From Rebecca billardiae RCC1528 (taxonomy: Eukaryota; Protista; Haptophyta), in NCBI GenBank assembly GCA_965240325.2, contig OZ251224.1, forward strand, positions 2,976,001 to 3,040,000: a stretch of DNA of 64,000 bases, given 5' to 3'. Within the stretch, counting starts at the first letter, position 1; each line of letters begins with the position of its first letter. Positions 31,700 through 43,626 of the stretch are shown piece by piece. The notes under the pieces are model-generated. The model saw nothing but the letters and a program-made list of their open reading frames with translations, was not told where the DNA came from and made no database searches. The position numbers and the translations under genes were made by a program.

Positions 31700-33700
31700 A
31701 CGGCTGCGCAGTCAATAACATGATGAACTCGAGGGACACCCGATGCTGCTGTCGCCTGCGGAGTAGGCCTGGATTCACGCGTTAGGATGCCCACCCCTGG
31801 CAACGAAGAGTCCCCCGAACAGGCGGCAGAGAGGCAGCGCAGGAGCGCCAAGTAAGCCATCAAGATGGGGGACGACTCCCTACACACCCAGGAATCATCC
31901 ACCCTCTCGCTGCGGAACCAGTTCACCAAGCCAGAACGCCTCACCAAGTTGGCCAAGTTCGTCCTCAGGTGCTGCGTCGGGGCGCTGGAGTATAATCAAT
32001 AGACGCTGCGACGGGGGCCAACCCAGGATTGGATGCAGTCCCATATAGCCAGCAGTGGCCGGACTGCACGCTGGGCACCGACTGCCTGTTCTGCCTCGAG
32101 GCAGGATCGGACGCCCCCGGGCCGGACTCGGCCACACACGTCTTCTGCGACTGCCCCCACGCCGACGCCAGGGGCATGGCACAGCATAGCATCATCCGGA
32201 TGCTTGACAAGCGCACTGGCGGCAGGATGCCGATGCTAGACAGGCAATGCCTGGCAGAGCAGGCCACCGCCCACCGGCACTACTACGCGGGCCAGATCCC
32301 CAAGGCGGTAGTGACAGCTGCCCAGGAGAGTGCAAAACAGTACCCCTGGAGCGGACCGGGCGGGACGGAGGAGGCAGTAACAGCGCCTCAGGCGATGCAG
32401 ACCAGTCAGACGAGCATGATGGCCAGACAGCCGGGCGGGACGGCAGCTACAAGGTGGGAAGCTTACACTCCGCCATCGTCAGCGTCACCACCCACATCCA
32501 CCACAAGCGCCTCGAGCTAGTTACAGCTGGGACAGAGGGCCGCCAGCTTCGGTACGACCTCGCGCACTTCCTCACCGCTCTCCGCAGCGGCCGCCCCACA
32601 GGGGGAGCGAGCCCCGGAGATTGGCAGACCCAGGGATCGTCGGCCAGCGGCTCAAGACGCACACCCTCCCCTGACCGAACACAGGGCCCCGGGCCCCCAT
32701 CAAGCAGCCAGGAGGGCCCCTCAGGCCTCAGGGGGGCGCCAGCCCCCGGCCGGCAGCAGGGCCCCTCCACCCCCGGGCCCACTGGCCCAGCAGGAACCTG
32801 GCCAACAGGCCATCAATGCCTTCTATGCAGCAGCTGGACTGGAGGATGCTGACGTCGATGGCACCGGTGCCAAGTGCGGGTTCCTTGCGGTACTGGGCAT
32901 CACCCGCGCGGCGCGCAGGGGCCCGCGAAGACCCAGCAGGGGCAACCAGGAGCGCCCAGGCACTGAGGCGAGCCACCGTACAGCACGCCCTGTCCCTGAG
33001 TGCGCAGCACCAGGGGGTCTTGGCGGCGGCAGTGGCCCCCCAGCAGGCCCACCTCGAGCCCGACGGGAGCGCACAGCCACAGAGGGCAGCAGCAGCGGCT
33101 GCCACCCGCCCACCCTGGGCACGGTTCGAGAGGCTGGCACCCCGCTGGCAGATGCACTCCTCCCCTGTGTGGCAGCAGGGGCGAACACCACAGTCGTCCT
33201 GGTCACCAGAGACCCTCACACCGGCGCCCCTCTTCGTATGGTCCAGGTCTTCCACAGCCCAGGCTCCCCCCAGTACAACCTGCACGACCCGCTGCACATT
33301 GTCATTGAGGTGCTACCCTGGCCCCAAGTGGCAAGTGGCCACCAGGCTGGCAGCGGGCGCACTCGGACAGACCAGGGTCATCTCTCACTGGAGAGGCCAT
33401 TACAGGACCACAGTCCCAAGGGCACTGCCAGGTCAGGCCCACTGAGGCCACCGGCCTGCCGCAGGCAGAACTCAGGCTGGCCAGAGGCCCCTGCTGGGGA
33501 GGGTGGGGGAACAGTGCCCAAGCGCCCGGCTGGGGGGGGGGGGGGGGGGTCAACCAGAACTACCAGGCCCAGCAGAGCCAGAGACACGACCATCCCCCAC
33601 AAGTACCGGAACCAGTCCCCGACGGCGAGTCCAACTACTACTAACTTCGGCCACAACATCATCCACCAGCTGCTGACCAAGAACAGGCTACACCATCGTC
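31700..33700 (+). pseudogene. Decayed non-LTR retrotransposon (LINE) ORF2 3' region
   Basis: CLFC...DSATHVFCDCP matches the CCHC finger after LINE RT. Stops and frameshifts present, and the composition is CpG-poorer than its flanks. Confidence 0.5.
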
Positions 33701-34597
33701 CACTATGACCAGCCACTGACCAAGTAGGCGACGACATCATCCGGCCACCAGCTGCTGACCAAGTAGGGGACGGCCTGGCCGACGCCAACATGCTCACTCG
33801 CCTTTGATTTGGTACCCATGCACTTCCGGGTGGGCCTGACGACGTCGACGACGACAACAACGACATCCGCCATGGCGACCAACATCAACGTGCTCACACC
33901 ACTGCCACTGCTGCAAGCTTCGACCAGTACCACTACAGACGAATCAGGAGAGCTGCGCCCTCGTGCCTGTGTCTTTAACCACAGCCATCCGCCGCGAGGC
34001 GCCGCCCGCTGCCGCGCCGCCGCGGTCGTAGACGTGCACGCGGCGATGGCGCACGCGGTCGGGCAGACTCAGAGGCGCAGCACCGTTCTGCGCCGCCCTC
34101 GGCGCCGGGCGACTCGCGTCTGCCCATCTTCTCCGCGCCTTGAGCCCGCACGGACGTGTGCGCCGCCTCTCGCTTCAGCCGTGCAGTCATCCCCGCAAAG
34201 TATGCGCGCGCTGAGAGCAACCCGAGGCGCGCATCCCATTAACGCGTGAGCCATGTTACAGTACGGTCGTACTCGTAGACGCGCGCCATGGTGCCCAGCG
34301 GCTTCCCGCGCGTGCGTGCCTCCCTGCTTCCTCGGCAGGCAAGGCGCCCATGTCTCTGGCTGAATGTGGCGACGGCGCAAGCTCGCGCTCGCGCGGGCCT
34401 CAAGCTGACCTTCGAGGAGCGAGGGCGCAAAGTGCTGCGCCACGCGCATGCTACAGTAGTTCCCCGCCTCGCTACCGCCCCGCTGCGTCCCACCATCGGA
34501 AGCTCTACTGGACATCGCCCCTGGCGGCGGTAGGCGCGAGCGAGGTGGCGGCGGCGGCGGCGTTCAGCTCAGTCCGGTAAGCGCGGCGCCCCGATCG

Positions 34598-35630
34598 CTT
34601 AACGACACAGGTAGGACGGCGCAGGTCTCCTGATTCGTCGTCGGCAGTGCCCGATCGTCGACACGAAGTCGGCGCTGGTGGCAGAGCATAGCCTGAACCG
34701 CGATCGAATGGCTTGAGCGCGGCCTTGAGCTGCTGGAGCGCGATCCACCTGCGCTGCGCGGCTCGCATGGACCTGCTGTGCCCCGAGCGAGAGCGAGGGT
34801 GCAGGTCCGGATGTCAGACGGCCGTCTCAGCCGCTGGGCCCTGGCGGGTGATCCGGCGGTGATGTAGTCGTCCCCGTGTGCCCTGCGCGGCCGCGTGCGC
34901 GCTTGCCGCTCTGCTCAGCTGGCTTGCTGGCGGCGGCTGGCGCTGCTGCGGAGTGCAGGGTACGCTTTGCCCCCGACTGCTGCGCATCCTCGTCGTCCGA
35001 GTCGTCGTCCATGGACGAGTCTCGGTCCGCGTGGGGGACAGCAGCTGGAGCAGGCGCAGGTGCTGCGGGCAGAGGGGCCGCCAGCCGCGCCGCCTTGCGC
35101 TCCTGGCGTTTCTCGACGGCGCGCCGCGACGAGGTGCGGCGGCTCGATGGAGATCGAATCCACCTGCCCTGCGCGTCACGCCGAGGCCCGCGCTTCCCGC
35201 GCCGAGGCTTCTTCTTCCGCCTCTGAGGGTGCTGCTGCTCGCCGTTTGCAGCCTGCACTCCAGTACCCGAGCCCTGCGCGGCGAGCGGGCGCGCCGGCGG
35301 AGCCGACTTGCGCGCTCGGCGCGGGGCGGGATGCAGGGGAGCTTTAGAAGGCGCGCCACCACCTCCCTCGCGCCGCTGGCTGCCACCAGCGGGGGTTCCC
35401 TGTGGAGAAGCATCAGGCCCTTGCGCATCAGGCGGACGCACAGACACCGTCAGACGGACACTCCCATCTGGCAGGAGGGAGATGTGCACCGCGCGCGGGA
35501 GGCCGTCGGCGGCGGTGAGCCTTGCTGCGTCACGCCAAAGGCGGACGTAGAGGCGCACCCAACGATCCGACAGCCCCTCGGGCAGCAGCGCAGTCACGTC
35601 GAGGTCGTCCATGCGAGCGTCGCCATGTAC
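34598..35630 (-). repeat. Repeat family R, longer copy with an ORF of ~260 aa (Lys/Arg-rich then acidic), unknown function
   Basis: The ORF ends at 34827 (MDDLDVTALLPEG...). It is paralogous to 27990-28601. Confidence 0.55.
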
Positions 35631-36157
35631 AAGACTTGACCGTGAGGAGGGCTTTGGTTTCCGAGTACTTGCTGCTCCACCCATCTCGGCCGACCCTTCA
35701 ACAGACAACACCAGGGAGTATGCTTGACAAGATCTTTTACTATCATCATGATGTGCTATGATTACGTTCTTCATCACCACTCATGGCAGCACCTCCTTTA
35801 AATTATGGCCTCCTGTCCAACTCTTCTATACGGCTCGCTCTATACGGCTCGCTCGTGTCTATTTATTTGGCGGCTCTCGAGATAGCATGTGCTGAGATTG
35901 ATCTCTTGGGAGCTTCTCCATCAGCATCCAGGCAGCTTCTCATCATCATTCGTCAAGCAAGCGGCCAGCCCCAAGCTCATTATCGTTGTGGCCGCTTCTA
36001 GTAACTACGACCTGCTATCGAACCAAAAGGCAAAACCACTTGGGCATCCTCGGGCCCCCGGCGGCCCCCCCTGCTCATCCGCGTAGCAAAATCGCCTCCA
36101 GTCGTGCCTCTTTGCGCATTACACCTTGAGTCAAGTGTCGCGGGTGAGGTGCGAGCA

Positions 36158-37792
36158 ATGCCGCCTGTCTCGCTGCGGCTGCGAAATGTTCGCTTGCTCG
36201 TCGCAGCGAGCGTGCTGGCCACGGTGCTAGCGTCGACTCCGCTGCACGATCAGGCCAAGGGCCCACACATGGAACCTCCAGCCCCCCGCCAAGGCTGCAC
36301 CGTCATCATCTCCGCTTTGACAGCGTCGAGTGCGCTGAACAAGGACGTGTATGCGTACGGCCACATGGGCATGCTGACGGCATCGTACGCGCTCGTGCGC
36401 GCTCTCTCCCTGCTCGATCAACACGGCGCACTCGTGCCAAAGTCATGCCGCGCTGGCGGGGCACGCTTCCTTTCCATCCCGCATGGCTTTCGTATCCCGC
36501 CTCCGGAGGTGCGCAAGCACTGGCTACAAGAAGGGTCGCTGCTCGTTCAGAACGGCGAAGGCGTCATGTACCAGTACAGGGCGCAGGGGGGCAAGGTGCA
36601 CGGCACGCACACACACCCGGCCGCCCCCACGCTGCTCGCGCACCTCCGCGCGCGGCTCAGCAGCCCTGACCCTCGCACCGGTCCGACCTGGGTGGTGAGC
36701 ACGTCGTTCCTCCCTCTCGACGGCGCGTGGGCACATGACGTTCTCGCAGTGTGGGCGCACGTGGCGCACGTGGGCGTGCGCGAGACGGTGTCAGCAAGGC
36801 ACGTCGAGACGTACACGCGTCGAGAGAATCTGACGGTCCACTTTGTGCGCTCGCTCGACGTGGCGCTGTGCGCGCCATCGCGCTTTGATGCTGCCACAGC
36901 GCGGCTCATGCAGCTCCGCCACCCGAGCTCTGCAGACGACACACTGTTCCGCGTCGTGATCACGTCCAGCTCTCGCCATGATGGCTTTGGGGAGCTGCTC
37001 GAAGGGATCACGAGGATGCTGCCACGTCTCGCCGCCATGGCGCGCCCGAGCGCCAAGGGGCTGCTCGTGCAGGTGGCAGTCCCGATCGATGACGACCTGG
37101 AGCGCGTGCGCCGCGCAGCAGAAGAAGAGTGCCTGAGTCATCAGACTCAGGAGCATAGGCTTGCCATGCGCGTCGAGCCGTTGGCAGGGCCAACTCCGGC
37201 GGACTACCTGTACGGCCTGGCGCAGGCGCACCTGGTGATCGCTGGGCGGTACCACGGGGCCGTGCTCGGCGCGATGGTCGAGCGCACACCGGTGGTCGTC
37301 TTGCCGGCAAAGACGCAGCGCTCGCTGGCATTCGTGAGAGACGTGAGCAGCCCATGTGTGCACTTTGCGCACCTCCACAGCAACTGCTCGTTTCAACGCG
37401 AGCCCATGCCGCAATTGCACACCGTGGAGCAGATCAAGTGTGCCGTGAAGTACATATCCCAGGCGGCCGAGCACACCATGCGCACATGCAAGGCGAGCAC
37501 GAGAGCGGAGCTGCGCGCGGTGAGCACGAGCGCACGGGCCAAAGCATTCCTCAACTTCCCCGCGCCGGCAAGAGTTGCCACTGCGGCGCCGTTCAATGGC
37601 ACCGAGCAGCTCATTACCGCTGAGGAGTTGGCGCGGCAGGAGCGCTTCGTGCTCGACGCGCGCCGTAATCGAGACTGCATGGTCAAGCTCGCGCAACGGA
37701 AGCTGAAAGCGTCATCGCAGGGCGAGAAGCTGATGGCGCTGCTACGTTGGTGCTTGTACCTGTCACCGCTGCTGCCAGTGCCAGCAGTCTAA
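36158..37792 (+). CDS. Polysaccharide pyruvyl transferase-like protein (~544 aa)
   Basis: Signal anchor LLVAASVLATVLA. Motifs GHMG, NGEG, VGVRETVS, SLDVA, IAGRYHGAVLG...TPVVVLP. Intronless. Confidence 0.75.
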   Translation: MPPVSLRLRNVRLLVAASVLATVLASTPLHDQAKGPHMEPPAPRQGCTVIISALTASSALNKDVYAYGHMGMLTASYALVRALSLLDQHGALVPKSCRAGGARFLSIPHGFRIPPPEVRKHWLQEGSLLVQNGEGVMYQYRAQGGKVHGTHTHPAAPTLLAHLRARLSSPDPRTGPTWVVSTSFLPLDGAWAHDVLAVWAHVAHVGVRETVSARHVETYTRRENLTVHFVRSLDVALCAPSRFDAATARLMQLRHPSSADDTLFRVVITSSSRHDGFGELLEGITRMLPRLAAMARPSAKGLLVQVAVPIDDDLERVRRAAEEECLSHQTQEHRLAMRVEPLAGPTPADYLYGLAQAHLVIAGRYHGAVLGAMVERTPVVVLPAKTQRSLAFVRDVSSPCVHFAHLHSNCSFQREPMPQLHTVEQIKCAVKYISQAAEHTMRTCKASTRAELRAVSTSARAKAFLNFPAPARVATAAPFNGTEQLITAEELARQERFVLDARRNRDCMVKLAQRKLKASSQGEKLMALLRWCLYLSPLLPVPAV

Positions 37793-37862
37793 AGCGACGG
37801 CGCAGTTTGTATAAAAATGACGATTCGTCTGTCGGCGCGGGTTAATCCGCGCCTCATCAGCT

Positions 37863-37890
37863 CAAGGGCGTTCAATATTGAACCCCCTTG
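37863..37890. mobile_element. 28-bp P-element-like excision footprint or minimal element
   Basis: ATCAGCT-CAAGGGCGTTCAATATTGAACCCCCTTG-ATCAGCT, that is a 7-bp TSD around two fused 14-bp ends. Confidence 0.8.
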
Positions 37891-37917
37891 ATCAGCTGTA
37901 GTCAGCAGCTAAGCCGA

Positions 37918-37943
37918 CTCTCTCTCTCTCTCTCTCTCTCTCC

Positions 37944-37972
<29 letters not shown>
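37918..37972. repeat. (CT)n microsatellite
   Basis: Seen directly. Confidence 0.95.
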
Positions 37973-37976
<4 letters not shown>

Positions 37977-38039
37977 GTAGATATATTATGGCCCGCGGTG
38001 TAGGGCGGAGCGCGTAGCGTGGAGCCCCGCCGGGGGCCC

Positions 38040-38820
38040 TCACTACGTTGTCAAAAAGATCTTTTGATCAAAGAAAAGGGGACGGGGGACGATTTTGAGG
38101 GGTGTTGGAGGGTGACTTTTCGCTTTTTCGAGGGGTACGTTGGCCCATAGTGCTCTGCATTAGCAACTACGCGCTTGACGAAATAAGCGCGCCCACGCCA
38201 TTCCGCATAAGTCGATGGACGGGCGTGGGATCAGATACCCCGGGGGTGAAACAAGTGAGTATTTTTGTCATTCTTGTATACTGGAGTACGAGTTTGCAGA
38301 GTACGAATGACAAAAATACTGGAGTACGAGTTTGCAGAGCGACGTTTGATTGTTTTGGGTCGAAAACAGCTATGAGGCCAGATGCTTCTGAATAGCGCTT
38401 TGTTTAAACAGCTACCCGCCTGTCTCGATGGATGAACCGCCTTATAATATTAAAATAGATTCTTTTGAATAGCGCTTGTTCAACCACATTACCCGCCTGC
38501 CTCGATGGATGAACCGCCTGTGCACTAATGTTAAACGAGATTCTTTGAATGGCGCCTATGGCGGCTTGTTAAAACGTAACAAGTTACCCGCCTACAAACT
38601 GGGCCTAAGCGCAACCTTTTGAAAGTGCATGTTGATGTGCATGGTCAGGGTCCTCCTCAACTACTGCATGTCGGCGTACTGCGTGCGCGCGCGGCGCGCT
38701 GTTATTTACCGATGCATCACTTGGTGCTGGAAACATAGGCCACACACGGGCGGCACTTGGAAGTGATCAAGTTTTGCTACTTATTCACTAAACAGATTTT
38801 AGATACGCGAATAATAGTTG
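38040..38820. repeat. AT-richer block with short internal repeats, probably TE interior
   Basis: TACTGGAGTACGAGTTTGCAGAG twice, and a ~77-bp unit with CTCGATGGATGAACCGCCT two to three times. Confidence 0.5.
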
Positions 38821-39179
38821 GATACTCGGAGCCGCCAGGCGCGCGCGCGGCGCCGTATAGTTATTCGAACGAGCACGTACGGCCCTCGGGTGCCCGAGCG
38901 TCTAACAAGTAGCGAGCGAGTCCCCACGGCTGCTCGCTCGCTCGTTCGCGTTCGTCGCTGCGGCGCCCTGGCCGGGGACGTGCGTGTCGGCGCCGCGTAC
39001 GCCGCGGTGCGCGCGCGGTGGCGGGAGCCGGCCGGCCGCTGGTCTCCCCCTCGCGCTCTGCTCTCGCCCTCGCGCTCCGCTCCGACGGCTCTCCCCGAGG
39101 CGTCGCGCGCGTCTCGGTCCGCGGTCTCGCCTCAGAGTCTCGCCAGGCCGTGCCGACGGCGCGCACACAGCGCCCCGCT

Positions 39180-40300
39180 GCAAAGCATGCGCGACGAGAT
39201 CGCGGCGGGGGCGGCGAGATCGCGGCGGAGGCGGCGGTCAACAGCCTGCCCGCGGGCGCGTTCGTCGCTCGAGGAGGAGCGCGCAAGGGCGAGCCGAGTC
39301 CGGAGCACGCTCACGAGCTCGTTGGCGACGCCTTGAGGATCGGAGCGCGCCCGGAGCCACGCAGCGGAGATGAGCCGGATGCGCCCGGAGTTCGCGCAGC
39401 TGAAGGGCGAGCTCGAGCACGCGAGCTCGCTCCTCGACGCCGAGCGCGAGCTCCTCCTCAACTCGGTCGACGGCGGCGCTGAGGTGCAGCAGCGTGAGGA
39501 CGAGCAGCGGACGGCCAGTGCCGAACGCTTGCATGAGACACTGCTGCCACGCGACGGCGCGGCCAGCGCGAGGAGCTGCGAGGGGAATGCGCCGCGCGCG
39601 TCGACGCGGCGATCACCGGGCTGCAGGCCTCGGCCGTCGACGCGTTGCGAACCCTCGCCGCCAGCCGCGACGAGTCCGCCGTCGAGCTGCAGCCGAGCTG
39701 CAGCCGAGCTGCGCGCGCACGGATGGGCGGCGTCACACAGACACTGATGCCAGAGACTAGAGAGGCCGTGCTGCATGCCAGCACGTGTGCGCGGAGGCGC
39801 TGTGCGCCGAGCTGGCGAAGCGCGGCGCCGAGCTCGACGCGCTGCGCGACGCGGCGACGGACGCGCTGGGCGCGCGCGGCGCCCTCGTCGCGACGCCCCG
39901 TGCAGCAGCTCGAGCAGCCAGCTGTGGAGTAGACGGCCGTCGAGGCGATCGGCGCCGGTTGAGCGCGCACGGGCTCCGAGCCTGCCGCTGGCTGGCCGCC
40001 GCCGTCTTCGAGGCCGCCGACGCGGCGGAGGAGGCGGCGGGCGAGCACGGCGGCGCGGTGAAGCAGGCGCGCACGCGCGGCGGCAGGCGCGACGCCCCGC
40101 TCGCCTCGTTCCACCCCGAGCTCCCGCTCGGTCTCGGTGCGCGGCTGCGCAGCGGCAGGCCGGGGCAGCCGCGTGGCGCGCGCTCTCGCTCTGCCGGCAC
40201 GAGGCGAGCCGGCTGAGCGACCAGCGGCCCGTCGTCGAGCGCATGGCGCAGCGCGAGCACCTCAAGCAGGTGCGCCCGCACGCGCGCACGCGCCGGCCCG
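39180..40300 (+). pseudogene. Possible decayed coiled-coil protein gene fragments
   Basis: Coding-like pieces (EFAQLKGELEHASSLLDAERELLL, AELAKRGAELDALRDAA) in different frames. Confidence 0.3.
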
Positions 40301-41238
40301 CGCCACGGCGCCCGCTTTCCCGCGCGGCCCGGGCGGCGCGTCGGCGTCGGCGACAGTGACTCGGCCCGCCGGCCCGGTGGGCGGCAACTGAGTTGGCGGT
40401 GGCAGCTCAGGCGAACTGTTACGCATGTCAGACTGACAGCAGCCGACGGAGGGTGCACCGCGGGCCCCTAACTGCGTTGGTTCTACGGAAGGACCGCGGA
40501 ACGCGGTCATATTCGCGCGGACGAATCATGGCGCACGCCCCCCCCGGCCCCCGAAAGGTTTGAGCGTTGACTGGCGTGAGTCGTGTCTCGTGAGCGATAC
40601 CCCATGAGTGGGGGTCCGCGCCGAGGACGGTCGTGTCAGAGGTGCGCGCGCGCGACCACTTGTGTTGCGTCTGGGGCCAGATCTGACCCCACGTTTGCGC
40701 GCGCGGCGTGCGGGTGCGCGTGCGCACACAGTGCGGCTCCTTATGGCCGATGTGATGGCAGCTCACGCGCTGTATCCGCGCGACAAGATCGAAGAGATGT
40801 GGGAATACATGCCGCACAGCATGTGTAACTGGTTGCCGGCCGGCCATTGACGGCGATATCGACTACAACAAGCGCCGCAAGGCGACGCCGGCCAACCCGC
40901 TCGCTCGGACGGCCATCCGCTCGGTCGGCGCCGACCGGCGTCTGACCTGTCCCACTTCGAGCGGCTGGGGGACGGGGTAGTTGTATGTCAGATTAGCATA
41001 TATGCATATGGGGTATATCATCGTTGGATAGCTAGAGGACATCACCATGCGCAACTTGACTTTTTGCGCTTACTCCGGTCACGTAGTCGTATGTATTCGT
41101 CATGGTGGCGCACCGGACTGTCCGCTAACGAGAGTTAGCGTGCTCGTAACTATAAAACTTCGATATCATACTCTCACTCATCTCAGTGATCTCACTTCTC
41201 AGTCTCATAGGCAGTTTACACGGACGAGGTAGTAAGTT

Positions 41239-43608
41239 TTATAGGGAGAGAGATGGCGGCGCGGAGGCGCGGGCGAAGCGGTGCCCCTCCAACCCGAGGT
41301 TGGTGAACGGGTTGAGCGAGTAGACGAGCAGCCCAGGGTGGCGCTGCATCAGCAGCTTGCGCACGGCCTTTGTGTCCGCCTCCAGATCGACCCTCCAGAT
41401 CTCGCCGCCGAGCCACGCCGCGTACGCGTCTCGGCCCGTGACACGCGCGCCCTTGTGCGTCTTCACCGTCTGGTTCCACACGATGGCAATGCTCTGCGGC
41501 GTGTGGTACCCGCGGAAGTTGACCTCGCCGTCGAGCGCGCCGACGTCGTGCCCCGCGAGGATGATGCAGCGCGCGCCCAAGTGCGCTGCGAGGTGGATGG
41601 CGGATGTGATGGTGGAGCTGCTGACGACCAGCTGGCCTGGCGGGGGCAACGCCTGGACGCGCGAGCCGTTGCAGATCTCGGTGTGGCAGCCGTGCTCGAA
41701 TACCACCAGACGCTCGCCGAGGTATGCGTACTTGCCAGCTGCCGCGAGAAGATTGTCGTTGTTGGGCATGCCGGAAGAGCCGCGCGCGACGACGTGCGTC
41801 GTGCGCGGGCCCGCGCGCGCCACCGCCTCGGGGAAGGAGCTGCCAGCGTCGCCGATGTGCTCCTTGCGCAGCAGGTAGGTCAGGTTGGCGAAGCGGCGGT
41901 ACACCTGGTTTACGCCGACGGTGACGCGCCCCTCGAAGAAGGCGGCGTCGACGAAATCGAGCGACTTGCCGCTGCCCAGCACGTACACGTCCGCCCCCGC
42001 GTGCCGGCCGGCGAGCGCGTCCAGCGTGCGGCCGGGCGTGGCGGCGAGCGCGGCCGCCGCGTTCAGCTCGACGAGGCGCGTGCGCAGGTGCGCGCCGAAG
42101 CGGAGCATGTTGCTTGCCGTCGCCGCGGCGAGCCGGCGCTGCTCGCGTGCCGCTGCCGTGCGCAGCTGCGCGCGCTCGGCGTGCGCGCGCTCGAGCGCGG
42201 CGCTCAGCTCGGCCGCAGGCGCGGTCAGCTCGAGCGAGCGCGGCGCCGCCGCGCGCCCGGCCTCCAGCTCCTCGGGCGGAGGCGGCTCGCCGCGGCGGTG
42301 CAGCACAAGCGTGGGCACGCCCAGACCCCACGGGATCGTCGCGCCCGGCCCGCGCGTCGACACTGCCACCGCCGCCGAGCGGTAGAAGACCTCCGCCTCG
42401 GCCAGGGCCGCGTCGCGCTCGGCGGTGGGCGCGTCGACGCGCACACGCGGGAGCCGCACGACGCGGCGGAGGGGCGGGCGCACCGCGCCAAGGAGCGGCG
42501 AGTCACTCGCGCCGAGGCTCACGAAGTGCACCCTCCAGCCGGCGCCCTCCGCGTGCGCCAGCCACGCCGCCAGGTGCTCCAGCTCCACCCGATCGGCCGG
42601 ACCCAGCTCGGCGCCGTCGACGCTCACGGCGAGGATGCGTGGGCTCTCGGCACGGGGCGCGCGTGGAGGGGCGCAGGGCCGGAGCAGCTCGAGGAGCGTG
42701 GTGGCGCACGGCTGGTACCTCAGCTGCTCCCGCCACGAGATCGCTCGCCTCTTCCCCAACTTGCCGAGGGCACGTTCGTGCGCCTCGTGCGCCTGCCGCA
42801 GAGAGCGCGCGTCCGCCAGGCCAGTCGTGAGCGCGGCCGAGCGCGCGAGCGCCTGGATGGAGGCCTGCAGGGCGCGCCATTTCGGCGAGCTGGTGACGGC
42901 CAGTAGGTCCTGGTTCTCCCCACGCGCCTCGCTCCACCGCAGCCCGAAGAGGAGGAGCGGCACCCGAAGGCTTCTCAGGTGTGTGCTGTGCACACCCCAA
43001 CCCCAGCCAGTCTGCGCGTGTGCGCGCGCGTCGGCGGCCGGCCCGAAGAGATCGCCGCCGCCCACGACGATGGCGGCAGCCTCGCGATTGGCCTGCACGA
43101 TCTCATCGAGTGACGTCCGCCGCCCCGCCTGGCGCACCACCCAGCGCGGCCGCAGCCCGGTGAAGAACTCGATGGCGCGCTCGGTCGCGCGCGCCACCGC
43201 CACCTCAGCCGCAGTGCCTCCGCGCGAGACGTCGACGTAGTGCACAAAGGTGAGGTTCCGTATGTGCGGGCGCAGGGCATCGCACAGCTCTCGCCATGCC
43301 GCGAGCCCGCCCACCTCCGCGCGCTCCTCGCGCACGAGCTCGCACAGCGACGGCGGCTCTGCGTGCGCGCACGAGTGCTCAGCCCAGGCTTCGCGCGGTA
43401 GTTGCTGGGCGTGCTGCTCGTCGAGAAGCGCCAGGACCGCGTCGTCGATGTGAGAAGACTGCTTGCGCAGCCCTTCGTCGAGCGACACGCCGCGCCCGCT
43501 GCGCCCCGCACACGTCGCGAGCAGCGCCGCCACGCGGAGAAGAGCCGCGCGCCGGCCGAGCCTCGTCATCCAACTACTTCGATCGCTTGCGCAGCTTGTC
43601 CTGAGCAT
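41239..43608 (-). CDS. Fusion of a pyruvyl-transferase-like domain and a DUF115/MAF-type glycosyltransferase-like domain (start at 43608 or 43569)
   Basis: The N-part is paralogous to 25399-27024 (SLCELVR, TFVHY, GGGDLF, YQPCATTLL, PWGLGVPT, NMLRF). The C-part has VYVLGSGKSL, VTVGVNQ, SSTITSAIHLAAHLGARCIILAGHD. Signal segment present. Intronless. Confidence 0.8.
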   Translation of the reverse strand: MLRTSCASDRSSWMTRLGRRAALLRVAALLATCAGRSGRGVSLDEGLRKQSSHIDDAVLALLDEQHAQQLPREAWAEHSCAHAEPPSLCELVREERAEVGGLAAWRELCDALRPHIRNLTFVHYVDVSRGGTAAEVAVARATERAIEFFTGLRPRWVVRQAGRRTSLDEIVQANREAAAIVVGGGDLFGPAADARAHAQTGWGWGVHSTHLRSLRVPLLLFGLRWSEARGENQDLLAVTSSPKWRALQASIQALARSAALTTGLADARSLRQAHEAHERALGKLGKRRAISWREQLRYQPCATTLLELLRPCAPPRAPRAESPRILAVSVDGAELGPADRVELEHLAAWLAHAEGAGWRVHFVSLGASDSPLLGAVRPPLRRVVRLPRVRVDAPTAERDAALAEAEVFYRSAAVAVSTRGPGATIPWGLGVPTLVLHRRGEPPPPEELEAGRAAAPRSLELTAPAAELSAALERAHAERAQLRTAAAREQRRLAAATASNMLRFGAHLRTRLVELNAAAALAATPGRTLDALAGRHAGADVYVLGSGKSLDFVDAAFFEGRVTVGVNQVYRRFANLTYLLRKEHIGDAGSSFPEAVARAGPRTTHVVARGSSGMPNNDNLLAAAGKYAYLGERLVVFEHGCHTEICNGSRVQALPPPGQLVVSSSTITSAIHLAAHLGARCIILAGHDVGALDGEVNFRGYHTPQSIAIVWNQTVKTHKGARVTGRDAYAAWLGGEIWRVDLEADTKAVRKLLMQRHPGLLVYSLNPFTNLGLEGHRFARASAPPSLSL

Positions 43609-43626
43609 ACTTTACCCAATCTCCAA

